Shown one piece after another: positions 32,765 to 48,114 of a stretch of 64,000 bases of DNA. Below the pieces are notes generated by a model. That model did no database searches and was not told the origin of the DNA. It saw only the letters and a list, made by a program, of their open reading frames with translations. Position numbers and translations under genes: made by a program. Source of the DNA: the human T2T-CHM13v2.0 reference genome, Homo sapiens; the NCBI RefSeq assembly GCF_009914755.1, contig NC_060936.1; one strand, 5' to 3'. Numbering within the stretch: position 1 is the stretch's first letter; each line of letters opens with the position of its first letter.

Positions 32765-32962
32765 CCATGGCTTTCAATTTTGGCTCCTTGTTAGAATCAT
32801 CTGGGAGTTGTTTTTTTAAAAATCATGATATCAGGCCCTGACCCAATGGACTCTGATTTAATTGGTCTGAGGTAGAGCCCAATCACTCTGTATATGTGTG
32901 TGTTGCTCTGTTTTGAAGTTTCTTAGATGATTTTATTGTATATCCAACATTGAGAACCACTG
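32765..32962. mobile_element. MER5A-like MITE
   Basis: 'ttagaatcatctgggag...ctctgatttaattggtctg...ttgagaaccactg'. Confidence 0.7.
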
Positions 32963-33113
32963 GCCAAGGTTAATTGCAGCTCTTAAGAATCAACATGCTT
33001 TTTTTTTTCTTTTTCTAGAATTGGCTAGACAAATTCTAAAGGGGCTGTAACTCTAAGAATCAACATGCTTTACCCTCATAGCTAGGTTCATTTAACTGCC
33101 ACAATAGTCATTC

Positions 33114-34123
33114 TGTTATCAACCGGTTTATTCTGCCCTCACGCAACAAGTTAATCACTAAGACAACGGGTTTTGCAAAAGAGAGTTTATTCATGAGACA
33201 ACCAAGCAAGGAGGGAGAATAGGTCTCAAATCTGCCTCACCAAAGATGTGGTTTTAGGGACATTTGTTGGATTGAGGAGCAAAGTGGTCCAAGGCTGAGG
33301 AAATGTTACAAGAGGAAAGAAAAAATGAGGTAATCAGTGATCTATGCACATGTAGTCAAGCTTCATGGTTCTTCATAGAATGCATGTCCAGAAAATGGTG
33401 GCTTTAGCACAATGTGAGGGAGGAATTTTTGGCTTTCTGATGCCAAAAGGTCACTTATTGGGCATTTATGCAGAGTGGTCTCAGCCAGCTTGAACTGGCC
33501 AAGAACATCCCCCCTACTTCCTGAAAAACAACGTTTAGCAACCATTGCTATGAGTGGCCCACAGTCAGAGATGTTATTCATAAGGAAGCTGGTGTGGGTT
33601 TATTTATATATTGTTTAGCTCTGTGGCCTGCTAATGGGGGTTTTAAGACCAACTAGAAGTAAGTGTTTAAAAGCAATTGTTAATCAAGTTTAGCCTAATG
33701 CTGCCTCCTTACATATTTAAGTTTGCCGTGGAAGTTTTTTCTCTACATCATGAACTATAACAAGTGGAGATGTAAACAGATTGTAGCCCACACCTGTGTC
33801 AATCACTGAGTTTTGGTCAATGAATTGTAGTCAACTGTTCAAACCATGTTCAAATCAGGCAAATGCCAACCTGTAACCAATCCAGCTGTTTCTGTACCTC
33901 ACTTCCAATTTCTGTATGTCAGTTCCCTTTTTTGTCTATAAATCTTCCATCACATGGCTGCGGAGTCTCTCTGAATATGCTATGATTCTGGGATCTTCCT
34001 GATTTGCAAATTGTTCATTGCTCAACTAAACTCCTTTAAATTTAATTTGGCTGAAGTTTTTCTTTTAACACAAGGAAAGCAGGTTAAGTTTGGCAGGCTT
34101 AATCAGGTTAGCCCTCGGTTTCA
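33114..34123 (-). mobile_element. ERV1 LTR (unresolved) containing a nested MER57
   Basis: TG start 'tgttatcaaccgg', end 'ccctcggtttca'. Confidence 0.5.
33678..34070 (+). mobile_element. MER57-type LTR
   Basis: 'tgttaatcaagtttagcctaatgctgcctccttacatatttaag...tgtaaccaatccagctg...tttcttttaaca'. Confidence 0.8.
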
Positions 34124-34779
34124 ATTCCTTCTCTAGTCCAGTCCCATTTCCAGGTAGTTAATTTAGTTAAATAAGTCAATATACAAATGCCATTGATTTC
34201 ACTCTGACCTATGGTAAGGACCACCCTTAGACATGGGGAAACAGGGCCCTAAAAGTGGGCCCCACATTTCCTTTCCCTTTGGAGAACGATCTTTAAAATT
34301 TTCTAGTCCCCATTTGGTGCTTGAGACCTAAGTCTGGACCAGAATCTGCACGGGCCCTTGTCCCTGTTTTCCCTCTATGGGGGTAATTTTCAACACTGTA
34401 TCACACCCTCCACCAAACACTCCCCATCAAACTAGTTGGGGTCAACCGGATGTCCTAAAGCACTCTGGGCCCTGTACCATTGGAGTCATCCTCATAGATG
34501 GCCCCAGTTCCAGGAGGGAAGACTGGTGAGTAATTAGCTTCACTGGTCAGCAGGCATTTTTTCCACCATGGGACCCTGTGAGATACAGCCCACAAAATGG
34601 TGGTGACACTGATTTGGGGTAACTCAGATTATTTATATAGACAGGGACTATACACCCAAGGGTGTCCTGCTCAAGAGAATCTTAACTCATTCACTTAAAT
34701 TCTTGTATCTGCCTGAGTTTCCTATAGTTTCTCCTTTTCCCAATTACTCCCAAATAAAATGCTTTTTCATACCTCCCCA

Positions 34780-35316
34780 GGCTTTTGGCCCCATGGAAGT
34801 TCACTGAAAATCACTGACATGAAGCAGATTGATTAAATAGGAGAAAAGGCATACAAGTTTATTTCATGTGTATACACAGAAGCCTTCAGAATGAAGACCC
34901 GACACTCCAGTGAGATACAGAATCTAGTATCATCTTGAAATTGTAGAAAGGATGCAGGCTCAGAGCATGGCCCAAACAGGTCATGTTGGTAAATCAGGTT
35001 TTAGTGGCAAGACAGGTTATGAGTGGAAGAAAGGAAGAGGCTTGGCTAGCATAGGGGGTCTCCTTATGTAGATGAAACCTCACAAGTAGTAGCCCTCAGA
35101 GAGAAAAAATGATGAATGTTTCTTTTCAGACTTTTAAAGGTGTCAGTCTCTCAGCTGATCTCTCCTAGGTCCTGGAAAGGCCTAGAAAGGGAAGGCCAGC
35201 TACATTAATGGAGACTCTCTATAGTTGCAAATTTCCCCCATGAAAAAATAGGCTTGCAGGACCATTTCAAAATATGTCAAATAAATATATTTTGGGTAAA
35301 ATATTTTCATTTCTTT
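34780..35316 (-). mobile_element. ERV1 (MER4-group) LTR, same family as 16880-17448
   Basis: Long shared stretches such as 'gttggtaaatcaggttttagtggca' and 'tttcagacttttaaaggtgtcagtctctcagctgatctctcctag'. Confidence 0.75.
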
Positions 35317-35757
35317 TGTGAAAGGAAAATAAATATTGGGGTCTCCAAATCACTAAGTTAAAGGGAAAGGTCAAACTGGGAACTGCTTAGGGCAAACCTG
35401 CCTCCCATTCTATTCAAAGTCATCCCTCTGCTCACTAAGATAAATGCATAGCTGATTGCCTCCTTTGGAAAGGATAACCAGAAACTCAAAAGAATGCAAT
35501 CATTTGTCTCTCACTTACCTAAGACCTGGAAGCCCCCTCCCTGCTTCAGTTGTCCCACCTTATGTGAGATGTACATCTTACATATATTGATTGATGTCTC
35601 ATGTCTCCCTAAAATGTATAAAACCAAGCTATGCCCCAACCACCTTGGGCACATTTTCAGGACATCCTGAAGCTATGTCACGGGTGTGTCTCCTCAACCT
35701 TGCCAAAATAAACTTTCTAGAATAACTGAGACCTGTCTCAGATATTCAGGGTTCACA
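35317..35757 (+). repeat. MER4A-like 5' LTR
   Basis: TGTGAAAGGAAAATAAA...GGGTTCACA. Confidence 0.85.
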
Positions 35758-35760
35758 TTT

Positions 35761-35778
35761 TGGTAACCACAAAGGGAC
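35761..35778 (+). other. Primer-binding site, tRNA-Arg(TCG)-like
   Basis: TGGTAACCACAAAGGGAC 3 nt after the LTR; resembles complement of recalled tRNA-Arg 3' end. Confidence 0.6.
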
Positions 35779-36030
35779 TCTGAGTGGAGGTGCCCCTGAC
35801 CTTTGACAAATCTCCTATTGGTGCTTGGTACCAGCTTGAGCTATCTTTATGGCTCAAACCAATCAGACAATTTGCTGTGGCCTGGAAGCACCCACTCCAG
35901 AGAATCCCTGATCCTCCAAAATTTGGTCGAGATCTAAAGTTTATTTTGCTGTATGACTCCTTGTTTTGAAATTTTACTTGCTTCCAACACAAGGAAGGCA
36001 AGATTTTTCTGCTTCCATGATGAAGGAAGG

Positions 36031-36144
36031 TGTCATGAGCATCTGTGTGAAGAGACCACCAAACAGGCTTTGTGTGAGCAATAAAGCTTTTTAATCACCT
36101 GGGTGCAAGCGGGCTGAGTCCAAAAAGAGAGTCAGCAAAGGGTG
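36031..36144 (-). mobile_element. HERV-H LTR7 R/U5 fragment
   Basis: Reverse complement reads 'ccctttgctgactctctttttggactcagcccgcttgcacccaggtg...gctcacacaaagcctgtttggtggtctcttcacac'. Confidence 0.8.
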
Positions 36145-36251
36145 ACTTAAAGAAGCTGGAGAAGGTTTCAGGTTCCTTTTTGGGGAGAAACCTCTGTTTT
36201 TCTTCATGGAAACCCAAGAGTGTAAACAGAAAAGATCGTCTCAGCTCTTAA

Positions 36252-36654
<403 letters not shown>

Positions 36655-36784
36655 TAGAAGTGTTTTTGTACACTGTAAAAGTACACTGTAAAAGCATCAC
36701 ATGGTCTAGCCTTTTTGGATACCTAGGATTGCATATGGGCTCTCTCCAGTGCTCAGAGAACTAGTTAAAAGATAGGTGGTACTA

Positions 36785-37144
<360 letters not shown>

Positions 37145-38291
37145 TTGCTCTCCTCATACAATCCTATGATAGATGTCTATAATTTTATGTTTGCTTTTAC
37201 ATCCATCTTTAATCTCCCTCTAGCATCACTAGACTTTTTCTCTCTGTACCTTGAGATGTACATTTTGCTAACTGATTTTTCATCCAAGGGTTGTTTCTTC
37301 AATATTCAGATTTAAGGCTATTTAGCTGACAACTGCCAGGGTAATGAAATAGGTTATCAAGAGTTTGTAAGTCTAAGACAGGGAAAAAAAGGAGGTCTTA
37401 GGAAACTACAAGATGTGCTTCTATCAGTATGCATTTATGTGTTGTGTACACAGTGCTTCACTACTAAAAATATATAAAATAGCTCTAGTTAATTGGCTTA
37501 AAGAAAAATAAAAGCACTTAAAACAAATACTTTATCAGAAAAAAGACTAGTCAAATGCTTTTTCAAGTTTATGTGACTTAAGTAAAATCTTTAATAAATA
37601 AGCTAGCATTAAAATTATTGGTAAAGTAATATTTTAAAATGTCTTAAGAATTGCCAGCATACATTTTTGTTTGCATTTATTGGTCAAGCAATTTCATACT
37701 TATCCCTGCCAAATACTATAATGTATCAAAATTTGGCATAAGGGTTACAAATCTATAAAACCAACCCAAAACAGAATGATCTTTGCTTGTGTAATTTTTA
37801 ATAAATAAGACATTGATATTGGTTTAATGAAAATAGCTGTGTCCCGAATTATTTAGTAAAATTACCATAACTTCTAATCTTGTGGTTTTAGGCAGTGTAG
37901 TCCACAGGCAGTAAAGAGGTTGTTTTGGGAAAGAACTGTTATTGTCTTTGTTACAAAGCTAAACTATAAACAAAGTTACTCCTAAAGTTAGCCCGGCCTA
38001 CACCCAGGAATGAACAAGAACAGCTTGGAGGTTAGAAGCAAGATGGAGTCAGTTAGGTTATATCTTTTTCACTGTCTCAGTTACAATTTTGCAATGATGA
38101 GTTTCATAACTTTAAATATTGACTATCACAGTTTTCATAAATAATCTAGATAAATGATTAAAATAATTAGCTAAATGTAATGGGATAAATACATGTAGAC
38201 AAACTTGTCATAATTTAGAATATAAAGTTATATTCAATTAAATAATGGATATTTTATTATTTGAGTATTTTCCAATAAAAATACATTGTAG

Positions 38292-38578
<287 letters not shown>

Positions 38579-41096
38579 GTGAAAACATTCTTTCTAAGAA
38601 AAAAAGTGTTCTTTTTAAAAAGGTGAACAATTTTTGTCTAATTCAAAGCTTATTTAAAAGTTATATTGAAACAAGGTAAAAGGAACTAGGAAATAAGAGA
38701 GAATAAAGAACGTTATAAAAATAAAGAGGTATTTTCTGGTAAGAAAGCTTAAAGAAAAATAATTTTATATGAGAAAGAATCTCGTATGGTAAATTTAGTC
38801 CTAGAATAAAATGACCAGTTATTTAAGAAAGAGGGATGTTCAGGACAAACCAGAAAGTCCAAGCATGTCATGAATGATCTGTGTAAGTCACCATAAGAGG
38901 ATTTATTTTTTTAAAAAAACTTTTCTATGATCAAGTTGTCTGTAATTAAAGGGAAATTATAACGGTATTTCTAGAGATTTGGTTGGACATTAAAAAAGTA
39001 TACACTAAGGAATTGATTAGAACAATAAAATTTTCTTAAGGGACTGATTTACTCTTAATAAATTACAGGAGATATTAATTTTTTTAACCCAAAGTTCAAC
39101 TTTTATTTCATCAAAATTATTTTTGGTTTGCTCTCCCCTTTCAAAAGGCATGAAATAATAACACTCTCCTTCAACTCATTTTAAGCCCATATAAGCTTTT
39201 TTTCCCTCAAGTTCTGTTTGTTGTGGCCTGATGCTAACAATGTTTTCTTAAAGGTCTAAAGGAAATGTTTTCCTCCAACATAATATTCTGTGCACTTCAG
39301 AAGGTCTTTTCTTTTGTCTTTTGGTAACTGACCTAACAGATTATACATTTTATCAAAATAATTCCTATGCCATTATTATTAAGTTTTGGTTTGCTTAGAA
39401 AAAAATTGAGATTAAAAACATTTCCTTAAATTAAGGTTGTACATTCATGTATCTTTCTATATGTGCTTTTAAAGTCCTTGTGACATTGAGTCACAGGGCT
39501 TTCACTCCTGGGTCTAAAAAGGATGCCAAGTCCTGCTAAATCTTGAACACTGACAGCAATTTAAGCCTCATTTTCAGGCCCAGTAGAAGATGGCAATCAA
39601 AATAAACTGCATTCCTGAGGCACAATGCCAGACATTAAAGCTATTTAACTCCTCAAGGCCCAGGGACTATTGCAGAAGAGGTAGGTGTGTGAGATTGTAA
39701 GGGCAAATTTTTAGAGATAAAATAAGTTCTGTTTCTCTGTAAATTAAACATTAATGCCAAAGGCACACTGATGCAAGACCAGCATATAGGCCCCCTGTGG
39801 CAGATTAACAAGGTTTTCCTGAAGTATTAACCCACTCCTTAATAAAGGTTATAAAGTTTATAAAAGGCTTATGGAAGTTACATCTTATGGTCAAGATTAA
39901 AATTTTATAGATTGTTTATAAACTTTTGGAAAACAAATTGAATTGGCTTCATGGTGTTTTTATTAGGACTTATTGTTTAGAAAATTAAGTCTCGTCTTTC
40001 AAAGAATGAAAGTTTTTTCTTGAAGAATGAAGCCTTTCTTGAAATCCTTGAGTTATCACTTTGGTTAAATGAATGATTTGTTTTACATTTTGTAAAATAA
40101 GTATCACAAAAACCTATTTTGTGATATCAAGTGTTTTAAACCTCTGATATTTGACAAGCTTTCCAAAATCAAATTATAAATTATGTCTTTTTCCTACCTA
40201 ATTAATCCTTAAAATATTAGCTTCCCCAAAGTCCAAAAATGACATATTTGGCTTATTTGGCCTAAAAACTATACAGAAAGCATTGTTAAATATGAAATGG
40301 TGTTTGGTTTTCTTTGGGCTGTATTTGTATAAATATGTTATTGTTATGTGTTCCAAAATTATGGGAAACTCCTATAATTCTGATATGACTTTGTGTACAT
40401 TATCAGTAATAATTATAATTGTTACATTAAATTATTTGTGCCACAGAGGTAACACATTTTCTTGTCAATTGTGTCTTTGACTATGGCTACCTTAAAGCTT
40501 TTTGTCATCCATAGACAATTGTCTTGTTTTGGTCCTCTTTAGAAGGTAGTTTTATAATCAGCTATAGAACTCTAACAGGCTCTCTTGAATGCGGGTTTCT
40601 GATAACTTTGTAGATTGTGACATCAGAATAGAGGAAAACTTTCAGGACTCATGGAGAGCTGAAATGTTCATGAATATCAAGCAGAAGAGGAATTAACTAC
40701 ATGGACTGAACTAATAGAAGACTAAAGTAATCTTTTTGACTTTCTGCTTAAAACATTGCTGATTATTTGTTTTGTTTTTCAGTGTCAAGGAAACTTTTCT
40801 TTGAGCTATTGACAGCTTTTAATAATTAGGTGTACTTCTATGAACAAAATTTGGAGCACATTTATTTCTCTCCACCCAATTTCTCCAGAATTTGGAAACT
40901 ATTTGTAAGTATTCTTAACTTACAGCAATATAGTTTTTTGCATAAGTGCAATAAGAATCTGTTTTCATTTGTAACAGGACACAATTGGAGAAACTGGTTA
41001 TTTTACAAGGGCTTTGACTAAACAGGTGTGGTTCCTTTAAAGAAACAAACTTGACTTACAGAGCCAATAAAAGCCTCTTGGGAAAACTGGCCTCAT

Positions 41097-41532
41097 CTTG
41101 GGGTCACCAAATCACTAAGCTAAAGGGAAAAGTCAAGCTGGGAACTGCTTAGGGCAAACCTGCCTCCCATTCTATTCAAAGTCATCCCTCTGCTCACTGA
41201 GATAAATGCATATCTGATTGCCTCCTTTGGAAAGGATAATCAGAAACTCAAAAGAATGAAACCATTTTTCTCTCACTTACCTATGACGTGGAAGCTCCCT
41301 CCCTGCTTGAATTGTCCCACCTTACTGGACAGAACCAATGTATAACTTGTATATATATATTGGTTGAGGTCTCATGTCTCCCTAAAATGTATAAAACTAA
41401 GCTGTGCCCCAACCACCTTGGGCACATGTTGTCAGGACCTCCTGAGGCTATGCCACAGGCTTGTGTCCTCAACCTTGGCAAAATAAACTTTCTAGAATAA
41501 CTGAGACCTGTCTCAGATATTCAGTGTTCACA
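41097..41532 (+). repeat. MER4A-like 3' LTR (first ~20 nt missing)
   Basis: Colinear with 5' LTR from '(c/a)ttggggtc' to 'gttcaca'. Confidence 0.85.
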
Positions 41533-42034
41533 CCATCATCACTCTCTGTAGAGTCTTTCTTGCTTCTAAATTCCATTGTCGTAATGATTGAGATGCTAAT
41601 CTCAGCTGATGAATATCTTTTCTTTCTTTCCCCTCATCCCCATGCCATGTTGTCTAGGAATGATGAATATGTTGAATGGGCAGCTGCATACAAAGACCCC
41701 TCCATTTAAGTGATTTAAGTCCAGTTGGTTGCCTGTCTTGAGTTCCAGCAATCAAGGATCCTGGATTCAGTATAAATATTTGGCTGGTGATATTTCCATA
41801 CTCTTTTTTCCCTTCCCACTTATTCAAATTCTTTCTCCCATGTACACCCACGTCCCGAATTCAGTCTTAAGTAGCTATCCTACTTCCTTGTTTCCATGTT
41901 CCAACTTGTAGTCTTAACTGTGAATCTGCTTATGTTCTTATAATCTTCAGTTTGCAATGATTGTCCCCATCAAAAACCACTAATTACGATAGATGCTATA
42001 AAACAGATAGAGCAGGAAAAAACATCAGGATGTG

Positions 42035-42811
<777 letters not shown>

Positions 42812-42836
42812 TTATTAGGCATTTACTCAAAAATAA

Positions 42837-43128
<292 letters not shown>

Positions 43129-43159
43129 TCAAAAATAATTTTTAACACTTAAACCAAAT

Positions 43160-43360
43160 CTTAGTATTTATTAAGTGCTTACCATATTCCAGGCAAAACC
43201 ACACTATAAACTGGGCATTTAATTGTAATATTCCTTTTTCAGATGCAGTAAATAACGCACAGAGAGCCTAAGTAACTTGCCCATGGTCACATAGCTAGCA
43301 AATTGGTAGTAGAGCAGAAGTAGAACCAGGTCCGTATGACACAGGGCCTTGTCTGTTAAC
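43160..43360 (-). mobile_element. MIR SINE
   Basis: 'tatttattaagtgcttaccatattccaggc...taagtaacttgcccatggtcacatagctag'. Confidence 0.75.
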
Positions 43361-43544
43361 CACCTTATAATTCAGTAATTGCCTCACTGCCTCCTGATGG
43401 GTTTTGCCCATCAGGCAAAATAATTCTGAATATTTGAAAACTGACATTATCCTTTGCTTCATAAGTATGCAAACTCCTAGGGTCAGTAAGGATTCTCAAT
43501 CAGGAAAAAGTCAATACATATAAAAATATATACAGCAATATATA

Positions 43545-44093
43545 TGTGAGAGGCATTTGAACCAGAGCAACTTAATCTTGAATAGGGACTGGGTTAAATA
43601 AGGCTGAGACCTACTGGGCTGCATTCCCAGATGACTGGGCATTCTAAGTCACAGAATGAAATAGGAGATCATTACAAGATACAGATCATAAAGACCTTGC
43701 TGATGAAATAGATTATAGTAAAGAAGCTGGCCAAAACCCACCAAACCAAGATGGTGACAAAAGTGATTTCTGGTTGTCTTCACTGCTACACTCCCACCAG
43801 TGCCATGACAGTTTACAAATGTCATGGCAACATCAGGAAGTTACCCTATACTGTCTAAAAGGGGAGGCATGAATAATCCACCCCTTGTTTAGCATATAAT
43901 CAAGAAATAACCATAAAAATGGGCAACCACCAGCCCTCAAGGCTGCTCTGTTTGTGGAGTAGCCATTCTTTATTCCTTTATTTTCTTGTAAGCTTGCTTT
44001 CACTTTACCATATGGATTTGCCTCGAATTCTTTCTTGTGCAAGATCCAAGAACTCTCTCTTGGGGTCTGGATCGGGACCCTTTTCTGGTAACA
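43545..44093 (+). mobile_element. MER41 solo LTR (MER41A-type)
   Basis: TGTGAGAGGCATTTGAACCAGAGCAAC...GGATCGGGACCCTTTTCTGGTAACA; TSD TATA. Confidence 0.88.
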
Positions 44094-44236
44094 TATACAG
44101 AAAAAGTGAAACAGAAGTATGTATTTAACTAAGAAAATTTCTGATAAGCACTATTTCTCTTACTATTATTTAGTAATAAATTCATATTAATAATCAATTA
44201 TTTATTTTAAATATTAAATTTATTTGTATGTCAGAT

Positions 44237-44555
44237 GTGTCAACAAAAAGAGTCAAACTCTGTAAAATATTTGAAGATATTTATTCTGAGTAAAATGTGA
44301 GTGACCAATGGCCCGTGACATAGCCCCAGGAAAGCCTAACAACATATGCCCAAAGTGGTCAGGCTGAAGCATGGTTTTTATACATCTTAGCAAGACAGTT
44401 TGAGCTTAAGAGATCTATCCACCTCGGTTTCTCAAAGTGCTGGGATGACAGGCATGCCCCACCGCGCCTGGCCTCAGGTTTGCTTTATGCCGTTGGCCAA
44501 GAGAAGGGGTCCATTCAATTGGTTAGGGGGCTTAGGAATTTATTTTTGATTTACA
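44237..44555 (-). mobile_element. Deleted MER4-group LTR with Alu 5' fragment (44400-44473)
   Basis: 'gagtcaaactctgtaaaatatttgaaga...' joined to 'caaagtgctgggatgacaggc...cctggcc', then 'atttatttttgatttaca'. Confidence 0.65.
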
Positions 44556-44768
44556 GATATTTTATTTTTCTGGCAATTAACATCTGTTTAAAATGAGGTT
44601 CCTAATTGCTATCCTGGTAAGCTTACTTTTGAGGAAGAAGCTCAGAATGATGTTCTGGTATATTCCTATTTTCTATTTTTCTTTCCATTCACTCCCTCAC
44701 ATTGCCCCCTCATTTGAGATTAATTTCAAAATTAATCAAAATTTATCTAAATTCTATGATCAAGTAGC

Positions 44769-45531
44769 TGTTGACAAAACGAGTCAAACTCTGTAAAATA
44801 TTTTTAGAGATTTATTCTGAGCCAAAGATGAGTGACCATGGCCTGTAACACAGCCCTCGAGAGCTCCTGAGAACATGTGCCCAAGGTGGTTGGGGTACAT
44901 CTTGGTTTTATATATTTTAGGGAGGCATGAGACATCAATCAAATACATTTATGAAATACATTGGTTTGGTTCATAAAGGTGGGACAAATAAAAGCTGGGA
45001 GGGCAGTGCTTCCAGTCTATAGGTAAATTTAAACATTTTCTCATTGACAATTGGTTGAGTTTGTCAAAGACCTGGGATGATAGAAGGGAAATGATCAGGT
45101 TAAGATAAAAGATTGTGGAGACCAAGGTTCTTTTGAAGTCTTATAGTGGCTGCCCTTAGAGACAATAGATGACAAATGTTTCCTATTCAGATCTTTAAAA
45201 GGTGCAAGACTTTTAGTTAATCTTTTCAGGATTGGGAGGGCTTGGAAGAAAAAGATCTAGCTATGTTAATAGAGATTCTTTACAGATACAGATTTTCCCC
45301 CACAAAGAACGGCTTTGCAGGGCCATTTCAAGATATGGCAGAGAAACATGTTTTGGGGTAAAATATTTTTATTTTCTTCCTTGTTATGCCCAAGTCAGAT
45401 TGGAAAGTAAGTCACAATATACATGGTTAAATAAAACCCATCTGATGAGAACTGATAGTTTGTAGGGCATGATGCCCCAGACCCCTTAGATAGGAATGTG
45501 GGCAAGATTTGAAAAATCAGAGCTCAGTCCT
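44769..45531 (-). mobile_element. MER4-group solo LTR
   Basis: 'tgttgacaaaacgagtcaaactctgtaaaata...aacatgtgcccaaggtggttgggg...gagctcagtcct'. Confidence 0.75.
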
Positions 45532-46399
45532 AGTAGCAATGGAAAAAAGTGATGTTTCCAGGTCTGAAAACCTGATATTGACCTTCTGGCCTGTGGTAGC
45601 ACATCCAATCTAAGGCAAGCTCCCTCCATGATTTATTCATATGATTTAAGGTTTCCTAGGAATTGCCATTACTGAGAAGTTAGGAGTTTCTGTTATTTTT
45701 TTCTATCTAAAAACTTCTATGATGGAGTATTTATAAGGAGGAGATTTTCACTAAAGAATAACATTCAGTTTTAGATGATTTAGATTTAGATTTTAGATGA
45801 TGTCATTTGTTTAGTAACATGAATCAGCACAAGAATCAGTCTGGACATCATACAGAGAATAAGAAAATGAGCTGTTTTCCCCATATAGGAACATCGTGCC
45901 AACAGGACCACAATCTTTTCATGGCTGATACCTGATGGTTGAGTAAAGTGTCTAAAGGCATAGCCTGATTATTTCTAAATTAAATGGAATTTATATTATT
46001 TTATGTTTCAAGGACTCTGATGGATTCTTTTCAAGTTGTTTTTGATTGATCTATCATTTGAGAAGGACAATTTTATACACTTCTGGGCTTCTGGCCAACA
46101 TTTTGACAAGCTGACAACAATTCAAATTTGACTTTGGCATTAGTTTCTAAGAAGACTTTCCTTGCTCTAACTCTAAATGCACCCTACGTCTCTCACTGCC
46201 CTCTGTTGGCTGGAACAAGAGGTGCTGGCTCAGGTGGAATTGCTTTATCGGTAACCTAAGATCTGTTTCTAGTGGTAAATGTGCAAGACACTTTGCTCAT
46301 TAGAGGTTACCCTCCAGAATAGTTTGACCTTAAGTATCTTAAATTTAATCTACATTTTAGCAGATGTAAGAATAATTGACATCCATCGTGTATAATAAT

Positions 46400-46585
46400 A
46401 TGGTGGTGTGTGAAGACTATAGACTTTGCAGACAGACATCCTGTTACTGTATGTAACAAGTGATAATTCATCCCTAACTCTTCCCTTACTCAGCTTACCT
46501 GGGTCATTGCAGAAAGGAAAGAAACAGTGTTTGCAAAGCACCTTACATAGTTTCTAGGAGAGATGTAGTGCTTAATAAATGTTGA
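46400..46585 (+). mobile_element. MIR SINE
   Basis: 'agactttgcagacagacatcctg...tgcaaagcaccttacatagtttctagg...gtgcttaataaatgtt'. Confidence 0.55.
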
Positions 46586-46642
46586 TCTTCCTCTCTACCC
46601 TCACTCATGCTCCCTCATGTACCCACACAAATATTTCTAGGC

Positions 46643-47058
46643 GTATTAACCCATCTTGCATTGCTATAAAGGAATACTTTGAGGCTGGGTAATTGATAAA
46701 GAAAAGTGGTTTATTTGGCTTATGCTTCTGCAGGCTGTACAAGCATGCCATCAGCATCTGACAGGCTTCTGATGAGGCTTCATGAAGCTTTCACTTGCAG
46801 CAGAAGGCAAGGGGAACCAGTGTGTCACATGGTAAGAAAAGGAGCAAGAGCGAGAGAAGTGGTGCCAGATTCTTCTTAACAATCAGATCTCGCATGAACT
46901 AATAGAGTAAGAACTTGCTCATTGCCAGGGAGAGGGTACCAAGCCATTCATAAGGGATCCTCCCCTGTGACCCAAACACCTCCCAGTAGGCCTCACCGCC
47001 AACACTGGGAATCACATTTCAAATGAGACTTGAAGGGGACAAATATCCCAACTATGCC
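46643..47058 (-). mobile_element. MaLR LTR (MSTB-like)
   Basis: 'cttgcattgctataaaggaatac...gaggctgggtaatt...ctgcaggctgtacaagcatg...ggggacaaatatcccaactat'. Confidence 0.8.
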
Positions 47059-47287
47059 CCTAGGGATGAGTCCATAGCAAAACACCTGTAGATGTGTTAT
47101 TTCATCTCACAACAATCTCCCATCCTGGCAAACGAGTAGTAGAAGCCACACTCCACACAACATTGATTCAAAATTTTGTTTGCCCACATCACACTGGTTC
47201 TCCTTCATAGAATTATAAAGTGTGATATCCTTCTACCACCACCATTATTTCTTCCACCTAACACTCTTTTTCATTTTCCTTGGTGCA

Positions 47288-47652
47288 AAGAACTGAATGT
47301 GTTGCAGTCCATTCAATTAACCCAAAATCATATGTTGAAATTCTCATCTTTGATGGGATGGTATGAGATGATGGGGCCCTTGGGAAGCATTTAGAATGAA
47401 GCCCTCATGAATGGGATTAGTAACCTTCTAAAATGGACCCAAGAGAGCTCTCTCATTTTCTTTCTGCCATGTGAAGACACAAAGAGAAGAATACCATCTA
47501 GGAACCAGGAAGCAGGCCCTCACCAGACACAAAGTAAGTCTTCTGGCACCTTGATCTTGAACTTCTCAGTTTCCAGAGCAGTGAGAAACTGGGTTGTTCA
47601 AACCACCCAGTTCGCGGTATTCTATTGTAGCGGCCCAAATGGACTAAGACAC
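47288..47652 (+). mobile_element. MaLR LTR (MLT1A/B-like)
   Basis: 'ctgaatgtgtt...ccaaaatcatatgttgaaa...ggcaccttgatcttgaacttc...ggactaagaca'. Confidence 0.75.
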
Positions 47653-47747
47653 TAGGATAAAAAAAGTATTTGTTAACTGCTCATTTTTCATAGTTGGATG
47701 CCATTAAATATTGTTTAACATGGATAAAATTAGAAATAGAGGAGATT

Positions 47748-48114
<367 letters not shown>

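Noticed and set aside
34130-34780. Possible ERV internal fragment between LTRs
   Set aside because: Context is suggestive but I could not identify a PBS or coding motif
43545-44093. MER41 as an interferon-gamma/STAT1 enhancer
   Set aside because: It reads 'ggggaggcatgaataatcc', lacking the tandem GAS-containing segment I recall for MER41B, so it is the MER41A-type
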